A DNA stretch of 63,239 bases, the filler included, from Basidiobolus ranarum (lineage: Eukaryota), in NCBI GenBank assembly GCA_040143965.1. It is 37 parts of 37 records of this genome, joined end to end, with 100 filler letters (N's around TTAATTAATTAA, not from the genome) between each part and the next. Parts side by side here need not be neighbours in the genome. Positions count along the whole stretch, not along the records: positions 36,015 to 37,625 come from JASJQH010004718.1; positions 37,726 to 39,335 come from JASJQH010004719.1; positions 39,436 to 41,045 come from JASJQH010004720.1; positions 41,146 to 42,755 come from JASJQH010004721.1; positions 42,856 to 44,465 come from JASJQH010004722.1; positions 44,566 to 46,174 come from JASJQH010004723.1; positions 46,275 to 47,883 come from JASJQH010004724.1; positions 47,984 to 49,591 come from JASJQH010004725.1; 29 more parts are not named here. One strand, written 5' to 3'. This document shows, piece by piece, positions 37,546 to 49,691 of this stretch. The notes beneath the pieces were generated by a model. It searched no databases, was not told the DNA's origin, and saw only the letters and a program-made list of their open reading frames with translations. Within the stretch, counting starts at the first letter, position 1. The number at the start of each line of letters is the position of its first letter. A program made the position numbers and the translations under genes.

Positions 37546-37725
37546 TAGTTTTTTAGGGTGTAAGCTGCAACTATAACAGCAATATCCTAAGGGTTTTGTG
37601 AGGTGTCTAAAGTGTGCAATAACCANNNNNNNNNNNNNNNNNNNNNNNNNNNNNNNNNNNNNNNNNNNNTTAATTAATTAANNNNNNNNNNNNNNNNNNN
37701 NNNNNNNNNNNNNNNNNNNNNNNNN

Positions 37726-38593
37726 TTAATCAAGATTTTGACTACTTTGCCTAACTTTGAATGAGGCCCACAAATGATTTTCCTCTATACTTTCCTGCTA
37801 CAATGCTATATCTCTTTAGGAAACCAAAGCTATGTTCTACTCTTGCTCCAAAATGGGAAAAAAAGTCATTGCAAAGCTTTTGGCTCTCTGTGAGTATCCC
37901 ACCTCTGGGCCTCTTGTTAGCTGTGACAAATCCTAACCTTCTGTATTCTTCCCCAAAACATGCTAAATCAGCCATAATCTACTCATATCTTTCAAATGAT
38001 GCATTCCTCTCAACCAAAAGCCTTTTGTCATGATGTCTCCATGGATATGGCCTACTCAACCAAAAGATGTTTCCTTCCAAATCTGTCAAAGCCTGGAACT
38101 TTACACAGTGGGCTTTGTACCTGCTAGAATAGAATAGCTCTTGGTTGCTTTTGCACCTGTAAATTATCACAGGAAATTTGTCAAAAAAACTTTTGATCAG
38201 AACTCTATTGGGAAATACTCCAAGAAATGGAAGGAAATTAGGGTCTGTAAATCTTTTGTTTGAGGCACCTTCAACATCATTCATCACTGAAGTTAGATAA
38301 TTTTCACTTACTTGTAGCCTGGTATGGAAGCTTCTGCTACTTTTGCTACCATCAATGGTGCACTGAAATCTGATTGGACAATAGTGTTTTAGTAACAAAA
38401 CAAATTGACTAGCTGCTTTCTGGTAGGTATTGGAGTATATTAGCCACAGTACTTCTGAAATATAGCTTCTAGGGTGGTGATAGGAAAGCCAGTAGTAGCT
38501 TTTGGAATAATGAGGAATGGCCATTCAGAGTAGATGGAGAGTTCAATATTAATCTTGTATAGAATTGGCATGATACTGATTGATCCGGTGCAT
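37726..38593 (-). pseudogene. PIF/Harbinger-ISL2EU transposase, near full length, decayed
   Basis: YKAHCVKFQ, RHHD, MADLA, ARVEHSFGFLKRYSIVAGKYRG. Confidence 0.88.
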
Positions 38594-39018
38594 GTGAGTT
38601 ATATATCAAAGAGTTTCAATTATCATGATAAAATTCCCTACATTCTGTATAATAAAATATCTGTTTGCATTAATTAACCTAATTATTTCAATTATGTTGA
38701 ATTGCATGGAAATTATATAATAAGCTGCATCAGCAAAGTTAATCATAGTTTGATCCATATCAATTTAATTTAGAGTGCATAGCAAAATGGCTCAAAGCAG
38801 AATGCATTATGCTTGATTACACTATAAGAAATCAGCTTTGACTTGTTAACCAATAATATAAAAAGATCCTTAATTCTGTTTGAAACCAACAAAGTCTAAC
38901 ATCATAGCTATATATGGTAGTAACATATTATGTCAAAACAGATTCTTCCTGATTCACAACCTACTTTGGTACAGGAAACCCCGTTTCCAAAATTTTGCAT
39001 GCATAGTCAAATGAAGGT

Positions 39019-39306
39019 GTGGATGGCTCAAAGCAGCACATGCCTAATGATTTTACAGATGCCTGGGTATCCACTATGAATTCTTGCTTGGATATATTTG
39101 AGTTATTGATAAACTTGACAGAAGCTGGGGAAGGTGGCATTAGACCAAAGTGGAAGCAACTGTCAACTCTGCTTTGGAGGGAATATTATATCTTCATGCC
39201 CTCACAAGTCTGCAAGAAAATATACAATAAGACTCATGATGATACAAAGTGTGAATTGAGAAATAGGAATTTTGATTTTGAGTCCACAAAGACACAATTC
39301 CAATAG
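39019..39306 (+). pseudogene. Possible Myb/SANT-like second ORF of the Harbinger-type element
   Basis: KWKQLSTLLWREYYIFMPSQVCKKIYNK resembles the W..L....C...(W/Y)N helix pattern; divergent from the transposase. Confidence 0.4.
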
Positions 39307-39435
39307 CATTTTTGCTTGTATTGACTGGAAGCAACNNNNNNNNNNNNNNNNNNNNNNNNNNNNNNNNNNNNNNNNNNNNTTAATTAATTAANNNNNNNNN
39401 NNNNNNNNNNNNNNNNNNNNNNNNNNNNNNNNNNN

Positions 39436-41045
39436 CTTGTGCTAGAAGCCCCAAACTTTGCACACATGTTCCTGGGACCTTCCTTAACATATTCTACACG
39501 TTAGTTTGTTTACATCTTGACAAAACTATAAATGTCAACTTTCTACACAATAAATCAATAAGTGAAAACCACCAATTCCTCTAATTCTCCAAACCACTTT
39601 CAACAGGCTCCCAAATACTTTAACAAAAACCACCAATTTCTCTAATACTCCAAACTACTTCCAACTGGCTCCCAAGTACCTTAGCAATAGTAAGGTTGGA
39701 AAATGGCCAGATATTACATATGCTGTAGGGGTTATGTGCCTCTATCTTCAAGATTGTGGATTTCAATCATAGCAGTTGGGCAAATTCTCCAATACTTGAA
39801 GGGAGCTGTGTATCTGTACTTAAGATATCAGTATTCAGGATCAAACTTTGACCTGATGAGATGTAAATTGGGCAAGAGACATAGAAGACAGGAGACTTAC
39901 AACAGGATTTTTCTTTCCTTGCCATAACGGAGCTATTTCTTGGAATTCAAACAAACCACCTACCATATCACTCTCAACACCAGAAGCAGAATACAAGGCT
40001 GCTGTGAAGCAACAAAAGAAGTATTATGGCTAAGAAAACTTTTAACAGATTTGGGCTATTCTCAAAACTCACCAACTATAATATTTCAAGACATTCAAAG
40101 TGGTATCAAATTAGCTAGAAATCCTGTGTTGCATACTAGAAGCAAACATATTGGACATTGTTAAATTAGGAAGGCCACAGAAAATAAGTTTATTGACTTA
40201 ACTTATTGCTCTGCAGAGAACATGATTGCTGATATACTAACCAAGCCATTAGCTACACAGAAATTTGTGAAATTTGGACCTTTCTTAGGATTAGTTTGTA
40301 TGAGTATTTAGGTGAAGGATAGTTTTAAAATTAGCATTGCCTAAGCACCTATACAGATATATATAACTTAGTATATAGTTATACTATATTTCACTTAGAT
40401 ATCACCCATTATTCTCAAATGGAAGTTACTTGGAATTTTTAACCAAATTAATTCTCATATAAATAGATTCTTTCAAACTTGTGACAGAAGCCCCAAACTT
40501 TGCACACATGCTCCTGGGACTTCCCTTAACACATTTTACATGTTTGTTTGTTTGCATCCATAAAAATTCTCCATGTGAACATTCCACACAGTAAATCAAT
40601 AAGCAAGAACTATCAATTTCTCTAATTCTCCAAATCACCTTGTACAGGCTCCCAAGAAACTTTAACATATATGGCTATATAGGTACTTGGACAATGCTAA
40701 TTGCTAAACTTATTGTTTGATATCTCTCTCTTAAAAAGGCAGTTACTAGACTCTCCTCCATGAAACAAAGAAGCCAACATATAAAGAAACCAAGGCCCCA
40801 TTCAAAGAAAAAGTCAGATTGCCATTTAGGGAAATATGCCTAGGACTAGGATCATAACAACTTATGCTAGTCAGATATGCTGACTCTACCAAGAAGGCAT
40901 AGGAAGTCCCAGTGGAATATCACATGCAAAATATTGAAATTAGCATTGCCTAAACACCTATATAGTCATATATAGCTTAGTACTTAGTTATCTTATAACT
41001 CTCTAAGATATTATCAATTATTCTCAATTGGAATTTACTTGGAAT
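39436..41045 (+). mobile_element. Copia family C debris: LTR fragments, RNase H (39700-40310), LTR ~40323-40667, LTR start ~40932
   Basis: EATKEVLWLRKLLTDLG, HTRSKHI; matches to LTR-C. Confidence 0.85.
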
Positions 41046-41284
41046 NNNNNNNNNNNNNNNNNNNNNNNNNNNNNNNNNNNNNNNNNNNNTTAATTAATTA
41101 ANNNNNNNNNNNNNNNNNNNNNNNNNNNNNNNNNNNNNNNNNNNNGAACATCTGTGGGAGTAAAATGAGCTATCTTTGGGGCAATTTGGACGAGTTTGAA
41201 ATTTCCAATATGTAATTGCTAATTCTCACATAATTCACATAAAGATATTTCATTTCAAAGCCCAGAGATCCCTCATCAATCTAT

Positions 41285-41466
41285 GGACTTGTTCTCAGTG
41301 ATAGTGCCAGATTATGCTATATATATCATATTGGATAAAGTATTCTAAAATTTATGCGGCACAATTTGGCACTATCCATCACCCTCTGGCACAATCAAAT
41401 TCAATCACATTTACTCTAATATATAGATCCAAGGTTCAATAAATCCTGGCACAATGGAACAAGTCC
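41285..41466. mobile_element. 182-bp MITE, TIR GGACTTGTTC, TSD TAT
   Basis: TAT-GGACTTGTTC...GAACAAGTCC-TAT interrupting Copia RT (compare 21661-21700); internal GGCAC(A/T)AT repeats. Confidence 0.82.
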
Positions 41467-41639
41467 TATGGTTAGTAGCTCAATATATACTATAATTAGA
41501 ACATGGCCAGATATCTCCTTGGCAGTGCAAATAGTAAGCAAAAATATGCAAAACTCAAAGTTTAAGCACTCTGCAGCAGTTAAGCAGTTTTCAGATATTT
41601 GACAATCATATTATTGGTGACTTGATTCTGGCAGATATT

Positions 41640-42030
41640 TTGATGGTGAGACCACAACTTCTTGATGGTATTTTGATTGTAATCATACATGGTGAAATAT
41701 TGCTCCTCATATTTGGCATGCATTATTTAATTTCTAACAATTATTGGAAAAACTAAATCTTGAAAGGCAAATTACTGGGTTGACTGCTATAAAAATTCAA
41801 ATTAATATGCATGCCTTTATTCAGATATTTTAGGCTTTGTATTCCAGCTATAATGAGAATCAAAAGATACAAGAGTCTTGTTGTGTTTAGTCTCTACATA
41901 TGCATATACTTGATTGATCAGATATAACTCAACAACATCAATATGCTTTATCAGCAAACTAATGGTGGAAAAATTGTAAAGCATCTGAAATTTTGAATAG
42001 CACTGACACTTGGCAAATAGCTGACTCTTG
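41640..42030 (-). pseudogene. CMC transposase 3' fragment
   Basis: Homologous to 47380-47770. Confidence 0.82.
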
Positions 42031-42094
42031 TTTGCTAAAAGTATTTATGAGCCTGTTCAAAGTGGTTTAGAGAATTAGAGGAATTAGTGGTTCT

Positions 42095-42472
42095 TATTGG
42101 GAAAATATGGGCTGTTTGGAGGAACTTTAGAAAAGTGGAGTTGTGAATAGCTTGGTGAGATAATTATTTGTTGTCCAGAAATAAAGCATTTATACATTTT
42201 GGTAGAAATACTGAGAACAAACACTGAGGTTGTGTTCAGATCATCAGTGGGAGTGAAATGAGCTATCTTTTGGGCAATTTGGACAAGTTTGAAATTTCCA
42301 ATATGAAATTACTAATTCTCACATTATTCAAATATATTAATAATAAATGTTTCAATTTTCAGTTAAGTAATGTTTGACTGAGTAATGTCAACTAACTTGT
42401 ATGTAATATATGAAGCAGTTAGGTGTATAAAGATAGAGATAACAGATATGATAAAGACAATAAACTTCAACA
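42095..42472 (-). mobile_element. Copia family A 3' LTR (378 bp)
   Basis: Matches 7399-7775; PPT-like tract at 42473-42487. Confidence 0.92.
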
Positions 42473-42498
42473 CACCTACTCAACTAAATATTCATATA

Positions 42499-42755
42499 TG
42501 TCACAATAAGGAACTGGACAAGGACTGGGAACAATGACAGGAGGCTAGAAGGCAGGAGAGTACTTGGGTGTAGACCACAAGACAAGACAAGACAAGACTG
42601 GACAAGGAAGATACTTTGGCAAGAATCTTTATTGATAACTGGCATTGATCAGACTGAGGTCTGATCAAGAAATACATGGTGCTTATATAGATATTGCAAG
42701 GTGAAACATAATATACTGAATAGGGAATATACTGTGGCAAGTTCGAGAGTTGGGG
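42499..42755 (-). mobile_element. Gypsy LTR (partial)
   Basis: Matches 62419-62675. Confidence 0.92.
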
Positions 42756-42855
42756 NNNNNNNNNNNNNNNNNNNNNNNNNNNNNNNNNNNNNNNNNNNNT
42801 TAATTAATTAANNNNNNNNNNNNNNNNNNNNNNNNNNNNNNNNNNNNNNNNNNNN

Positions 42856-44465
42856 TTCTCAATACCTCATATTATGAGTTAACAAGCTCTGAAACCAATC
42901 TTGAGCTAACAAGTACTGAAACCAACTTGGAAAATGATACATTGGAAATAGATACTGGAATTAGGCCAAATTTGGAATCTGAATCTATCTATCTATATTA
43001 TCCAAGTTTAGAAAATATCACATCTGGGACAAGGTCTAAAATAGCAGCAACTGATGAATATATGACCAAGCTCAAATCATTACCAATCCCGGTGGTGAAT
43101 ATTCCTGGCAGAAAACCAACAAGCATTATTCCTGTCTCAAACTTCACTACAAGTTCTAAAGCCAAGGAAAACAAACTATTAAATTATATTCTGGAATCAA
43201 GCAGCTATGCAAGTAGTGAAACATTATGCAGCACTAGAAATGCATCAATTTTTACCAGAAAACCTGATAATTATGCTGAGGATACTGATAATTTGGAACC
43301 AACTTCTGGAAATCAGCATATTTTCTCTGCCAATGAAAAATATGGTAATCAGAAAAAGAATATTTTTTCAGCCAATGAGGAATCATGAAATTGGGCTCAG
43401 AAACAAGGCAATAATTTTCTCACCAATTGTATACCTAAGAAATATCCTACTCTCCATTTTGCTGATATTGAACGCAATCAATTATTGGAAGTATGCAATC
43501 AATGATAATATGTATTCAGTGAATCACAAAATTCAGGCAACCAGGTCTCAGAAATCCTACCAAGTAGAAATCAGAAACATCCTGCAAGTGAAACTCTACC
43601 AAGGACTTTGGATGTCTCAAATCAGAGCATGAAGTCAAGAGTTTCAATTCAGAAAAATGATGGAATATATCTGCACATATAGCATTTCCTGAACCAGAAT
43701 ATTTGACACAAGGTCTGAAATTTGATCAAGGAGCAGAAAGGAGAAAAGTCACTGATGATGAAGTTCACTTCCTAATCAGGAATAACACATGGATACTTGT
43801 GTAGTTACCTACAGGAAGAAAAACTATTGCTAATAGATGGGTGCTGAAACTGAAACTTAACTCAGATGGATTCATCAATTGGTACAAAGCAAGATTAGTA
43901 GTGAAAGGCTATGTGCAGAAACATGGCATTGACTATGATGAAACATTTTCTCCTGTTGCTAAGTTTACCTCAATCAGAGAAATCCTAGCCACTGCTACCC
44001 ACCAAGGAAGGCTGATTGAACAAATGGATGTCAAGATAGCAATTCTGAATAGTGAAATTGATGAAGATACACACATGGATCAACCAGAGGGATATATTGC
44101 AATAGGGAAAGAACATCCAGTATGCAAACTACAGAGAAGTCTATATGATCTTAATCAGGCTCCTTGCACATGGAATACCAAAATCAATCAGATCTTCATG
44201 AAACCTCTTTTCTATTGTAGCAAAGCTGATCACTACATATACTTCAAAAGTATCAAAGCCGCCAAAGTGATAATTGCTCACTATGTTATAATTATCATCA
44301 TAGTTAGTAATTGCTCAAATGTGATGAAACAAACTAAGACCTGGCTATCTACCAAGTTTGAAATGCAAGATCTTGGATCACTAGCATATTGTCTTGGAAT
44401 ACAGATACATCAAAATTCCACTATTGGAACACTCTGTATTACACAAGAAAAATATATTGGAGATG
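42856..44465 (+). pseudogene. Copia pol fragment (linker and RT)
   Basis: YKARLVVKGYVQKHGIDYDETFSPVAK, QMDVK, MDQPEGY; catalytic YVDD lost. Confidence 0.95.
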
Positions 44466-44565
44466 NNNNNNNNNNNNNNNNNNNNNNNNNNNNNNNNNNN
44501 NNNNNNNNNTTAATTAATTAANNNNNNNNNNNNNNNNNNNNNNNNNNNNNNNNNNNNNNNNNNNN

Positions 44566-44740
44566 CCAGTAAGTCCAGACAACTTTGAGAACTTGCTGCT
44601 AGATGTTGACCTTGCTTATTCCAATACTGATGGTAGTATATCGGAAGTTAAAGAAGAAGACCATTGTTTTGTTATGGACTCATTGTTATTGGCAAACATT
44701 AGTCCACTCATAGCACTTACTGTCCAGGAAGCAGGCTTTC
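44566..44740 (+). pseudogene. CMC transposase N-terminal fragment
   Basis: PVSPDNFENLLLDV overlaps 51258-51298; SLLLANISPLIALTV overlaps 55450-55505. Confidence 0.65.
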
Positions 44741-44744
44741 CAAT

Positions 44745-45930
44745 CTAATCTATTAAGGAAAAGGATGAATTCTTGTGTCTCTATGTTGAGTATCAAGGCC
44801 TAAATAGCATTACCATAAAAATTGGTACCCCTTGCCATTAATCATCTCACTCCTAGATCAGCTTGCTGCAGGGAAGGTATTTACAAAGATTAACTTCAGA
44901 GGCACTTACAATCTTGCAAGAATTAGACCAGAAGACCAATGGAAAACTGCCTTTCAAGCTTGCTATGGACACTTAAACTACAATGTCATGCCATTTGGAC
45001 TTACCAATGACCCTGCAGTCTTTCAACACATGATGAATGATATCATCAGAGAGTATCTTGACCAATTTGTGGTAATCTACTTTGACAATATCTTTGTCTT
45101 CTTAAGCTCTCAAGAAAAACATAATATTCATTTTTCCCAAGTCTTAGAAAAGTTGAAAACCTCTGGTCTCCATGCTAAACTTGAGAAATGTCAATTTGAT
45201 CAAGCTCAAGTTGAATTCTTAGATGTAACATTGGCCCATTGGGCATCTCCATAGACCATAAGAAGGTTGAATCTGTTCTGTCTTGGTATATTCTCAAGAA
45301 TGTGAAGGATGTCCAATCTTTCCTTGGTTTTGAAACTTTTACAAATGTTTTGTCAAGAACTACTACAAAATATCTGCTCCATTAACAAACCTTACAAAGA
45401 AAGAACTCCCATTTGACTGGAACCCAACTTGCCAACAAGCATTTGTAACTTTCAACAATACTTTTACCTCAGCACCAATCCTGGCATACCCCAAGATAGA
45501 CAAGCTATTTATGGTTGAAACTGATGCATCCAACTTTGCTCTAGGAGCAGTACTATCACAGTTTGATGATGACAACTTACTGCACCTTGTTGGCTTTTAC
45601 TCAAGAAAGTTCTCTGCTGCAGAATTCAACTATGACATCTATGACAAGGAACTATTAGCAATTATTGCTGCATTTGAACAATGGTGACAATACTTGGATG
45701 GAGCAAATCATAAAATCACAGTTTATTGTGATCACAAGAATCTACAGTATTTTAGTACAACCAAAGTTTTCAACCATCAACAAGCAAGATGGGCAATATT
45801 TCTTGCCAGTTTTGATATTGTAATTATACATTGACCAGGTAGCCAGCAAGGAAAACCTAATGCCTTATCATGTAGAGCAGAATATCAGCCTAAAGAAAGG
45901 GATGAGGCCTTTGACCAACAAAATACTCCC
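44745..45930 (+). pseudogene. Gypsy RT-RNase H, decayed
   Basis: WKTAF, VMPFGLTN, YFDN (from YLDD), ETDASNFALGAVL, YDIYDKELLAI. Confidence 0.95.
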
Positions 45931-45934
45931 AGAC

Positions 45935-46174
45935 ATTGTCATAGTCAACACCAGACTGACCATCAAGTTGAGTGTTCTTCTTCTGAAGCTACTCTCTCTG
46001 CATATCTTCACTGAGTTTTTCTGCTATGATATTGAAAGTTTTCCTCAAGCACTTTCTCTATTTTTATACTTCCTTGTGTGATAGCCACATGATGTAAGAG
46101 AAGAACCTTCAGAGTAATTACTGGTTTTTGGTTTACCCACAATTGGCTTGAATCTAGGTGATATTGGACAAGAT
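45935..46174 (-). pseudogene. CMC ORF2 fragment bridging its middle and C-terminal parts
   Basis: 46085-46174 resembles 49825-49915; 45940-46080 resembles 1895-2040. Confidence 0.6.
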
Positions 46175-46274
46175 NNNNNNNNNNNNNNNNNNNNNNNNNN
46201 NNNNNNNNNNNNNNNNNNTTAATTAATTAANNNNNNNNNNNNNNNNNNNNNNNNNNNNNNNNNNNNNNNNNNNN

Positions 46275-47267
46275 CCCAGCTCACTGCCCATATGATAGCC
46301 CTATTGATCTACAAGAAGGAAAACCCCCACCATTTGCACCCATCTATGAGCTGACCCAGCCAGAACTCAGCATTCTGAAAGAGTACATAGCAGAAAATCT
46401 GGAGAAAGGATTTATCCAACATTCAAAGTCCCCAGCAGGCTCTCCAATATTATTTATTAAGAACAATGATGGATCCCTCCATCTCTGCATTGATTATCAA
46501 GGCCTAAATAGCATTACAGTCAAAAATCAGTACCCCTTGCAATTAATCAACTCACTCTTGGAGCAGCTTGCTTCAGCCAAGGTGTTTACAAAGATTGATT
46601 TAAGAGGTGCTTACAATCTTGTAAGAATCAAACCAGGTGACCAATGGAAAGCTGCCTTTTGAACTTGCTATGGGCACTTTGAATACAATGTCATGCCATT
46701 TGGACTTATCAATGCCTCTGCAGTCTTTCAACACATGATGAATGATATCTTCAGAGAGTATCTTAACCAATTTGTGGTAATCTACCTTTACAATATCTTG
46801 GTCTTCTCAAGATCTCAAGAAGAACATAATATTCTTGTTTCCCAAGTCCTAGAAAAGTTGAAAACCTCTGGTCTCTATGTTAAATTTGAGAAATGTGAAT
46901 TTGATCAAGCTCAAGTTGAATCACTTGGATATAAAATCAGCACATCAGACATCTCCATGGACCCTTTGAAGGTTGAATCTTTTCTGTCTTGGGACATTCC
47001 CAAGAATATGAAGGATGTCCAATCTTTCCTTGGATTTGCAAACTTTTACCAATAGTTTGTCAAGAACTACTCCAAAATATCTGCTCCATTAACAAACCTT
47101 ACAAAGGAAGAACTCCCATTTTACAGGAACCAATCTTGCCAACCAGCATTTGTAACTTTAAAGAATGCTCTTACCTCAGCACCAATCCTGGCACACCCCA
47201 AGCTAGAGAAGCCATTCATCATTGAAGCTGATGCATCCAACTTTGCTCTAGGAGCAGTACTATCACC
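46275..47267 (+). pseudogene. Gypsy RT-RNase H, decayed
   Basis: LEKGFI, SKSPAG, FTKIDLRGAY, MPFGL, YLYN, DVQSFLGFANFY. Confidence 0.95.
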
Positions 47268-47883
47268 CCCTAACAAATATAAAATCGATTTGATCCGGAT
47301 TGGATCCACCCTCTGAAATAGCAAAACCATTGGAGAACTATCACAATTTTGTTGGCTTGCATTCAGCCAGTGATTTTGATGTCCTGATGGTGGTTTCTTG
47401 ATGGTATCTTAACAGTATTCATACATCTTAAAATATTGATCCCCAAGTTTGGCATGCATTATTCAATATCTAGCAATTTTTGCAAAAATATAATTTTCAA
47501 AGAGCAAATTACTGGGTTTACTGCTGTAGGAATTTGATTAATATGCATGCCTTTAATTAGATATTTTAGGCTTTGTATTCCAGCTATAATGAGAATTAAA
47601 AAATACAAGAATCTCATTGTGCTTAGTCTCTACATATGCACATATTTGACTAATTCGACATAACTCAACAACATCAATATGCTTTACCAGCAAACTAATG
47701 GTGGACAAATTGTTAAACATCTGAAATTTTGAATAGCACTGACACTTGGCAAAAAGCTGACTCTTGTTACCTTTCACAACAAGAATAAGCTCTTGGATTT
47801 TGGCAAATTTCCGTAAAGAATTCAGCCAATATATCCCCAACTTGCAGTCAACAAATGTCCTGCCACAAGTAGATGTGTCATTG
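47268..47883 (-). mobile_element. CMC terminus B and transposase 3' end inserted in Gypsy RNase H
   Basis: Starts CCCTAACAAATAT; ORF 47553..47840. Confidence 0.88.
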
Positions 47884-47983
47884 NNNNNNNNNNNNNNNNN
47901 NNNNNNNNNNNNNNNNNNNNNNNNNNNTTAATTAATTAANNNNNNNNNNNNNNNNNNNNNNNNNNNNNNNNNNNNNNNNNNNN

Positions 47984-49590
47984 TCGAGTCCGTTCTTGGC
48001 AGAGATACGGGAAGCAGCTTCCTCATCCTCAGCCTTGTACTTCTCGGCTTCAGAAACCATACGCTCGATATCTTCCTTGGAAAGACGTCCCTTGTCATTG
48101 GTAATGGTGATCTTGTTGGAACGACCAGTGGTCTTATCCAAAGCAGATACGTTCAAGATACCGTTAGCATCAACATCGAAGGTAACCTCGATTTGAGGAA
48201 CACCACGAGGAGCAGGAGGAATACCGGAAAGTTCGAATTTACCGAGGATGTTGTTGTCCTTGGTACGAGCACGCTCACCTTCGAATACTTGAATCAATAC
48301 TCCAGGTTGGTTATCGGCATAGGTGGAGAAGGTCTCAGACTTCTTGGTAGGAACAGTGGTGTTTCTCTTGATCAAAGGAGTCATCACTCCACCAGCGGTC
48401 TCAATACCCAAGGAGAGAGGGGCAACATCGAGCAAAAGCAAATCTTGGGTCTTCTCAGAGGTATCACCAGACAAGATAGCAGCTTGAACAGCAGCTCCGT
48501 AGGCAACGGCCTCATCAGGATTGATGGATTTGTTAGGCTCCTTACCGTTGAAGTAGTCAGAAACAAGCTTCTGGACCTTGGGGATACGAGTGGATCCACC
48601 AACGAGGACAATCTCGTGAACATTAGATTTGTCAATCTTGGAATCACGGAGAACCTTCTCAACGGGGTCCATGGTGGAGCGGAAAAGATCTTGGCAGAGT
48701 TCCTCGAATCTGGCACGAGTCAAAGAAGTGTAGAAGTCAACACCCTCGAACAAGGAGTCAATTTCAATGGTGGTTTGAGCGGCAGAAGAAAGAGTTCTCT
48801 TAGCACGTTCGCAAGCAGTTCTGAGACGACGAAGAGCACGAGCGTTACCAGACAAGTCCTTCTTGTTCTTACGCTTGAACTCTTGGACAAAGTGAGTGAC
48901 AAGACGGTTATCGAAATCTTCACCACCCAAGTGAGTATCACCAGCAGTGGCCTTGACTTCGAAGATACCATCTTCAATGGTCAAGAGGGAAACATCGAAG
49001 GTACCTCCTCCGAGATCGAAAATGAGAACATTCTTCTCACCGCTGGACTTTTGGTCAAGACCATAAGCAATAGCAGCAGCAGTAGGCTCGTTAATGATAC
49101 GAAGAACGTTCATACCAGCAATGGCACCAGCATCCTTGGTAGCTTGACGTTGAGAATCGTTGAAGTAAGCAGGAACGGTGACAACAGCGTTCTTGACTTC
49201 AGCACCGAGGTAAGCCTCGGCGGTCTCTCTCATCTTCAACAAGATCATGGATGAGATTTCTTCGGGAGTGAAAGTCTTAGTTTCACCCTTGTATTCAACT
49301 TGAATCAAAGGCTTGGTATCCTTCTCGATAACCTTGAAAGGCCAGTGGGCCATATCAGATTGGACCTCGGAGTCGTTGAAACGACGACCGATAAGACGCT
49401 TAGCATCGAACACACTGTTAGTGGGGTTCATGGCGACTTGGTTCTTGGCGGCATCACCGATGAGACGTTCAGAGTCGTTGAAGGCAACATAGGATGGGGT
49501 AGTTCTGTTACCTTGGTCGTTGGGAATGATGTCAACACGATCGTTTTGCCAGCCCCCGACCCAAGAGTAGGGGGTACCCAAATCAATTCC
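47984..49590 (-). CDS. HSP70: Cytosolic Hsp70 (SSA/Hsc70 type), internal 535 codons, intronless here
   Basis: [57 protein letters not shown]; strong codon bias. Confidence 0.99.
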
Positions 49591-49691
49591 GNNNNNNNNN
49601 NNNNNNNNNNNNNNNNNNNNNNNNNNNNNNNNNNNTTAATTAATTAANNNNNNNNNNNNNNNNNNNNNNNNNNNNNNNNNNNNNNNNNNNN

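Noticed and set aside
48193-49254. 353-aa plus-strand ORF and other ORFs overlapping Hsp70
   Set aside because: Antisense shadow of a codon-biased Hsp70, a well-known artefact
49545-49591. Aberrant Hsp70 signature [13 protein letters not shown]
   Set aside because: Single-base changes next to G/C runs at the contig end; sequencing error more likely
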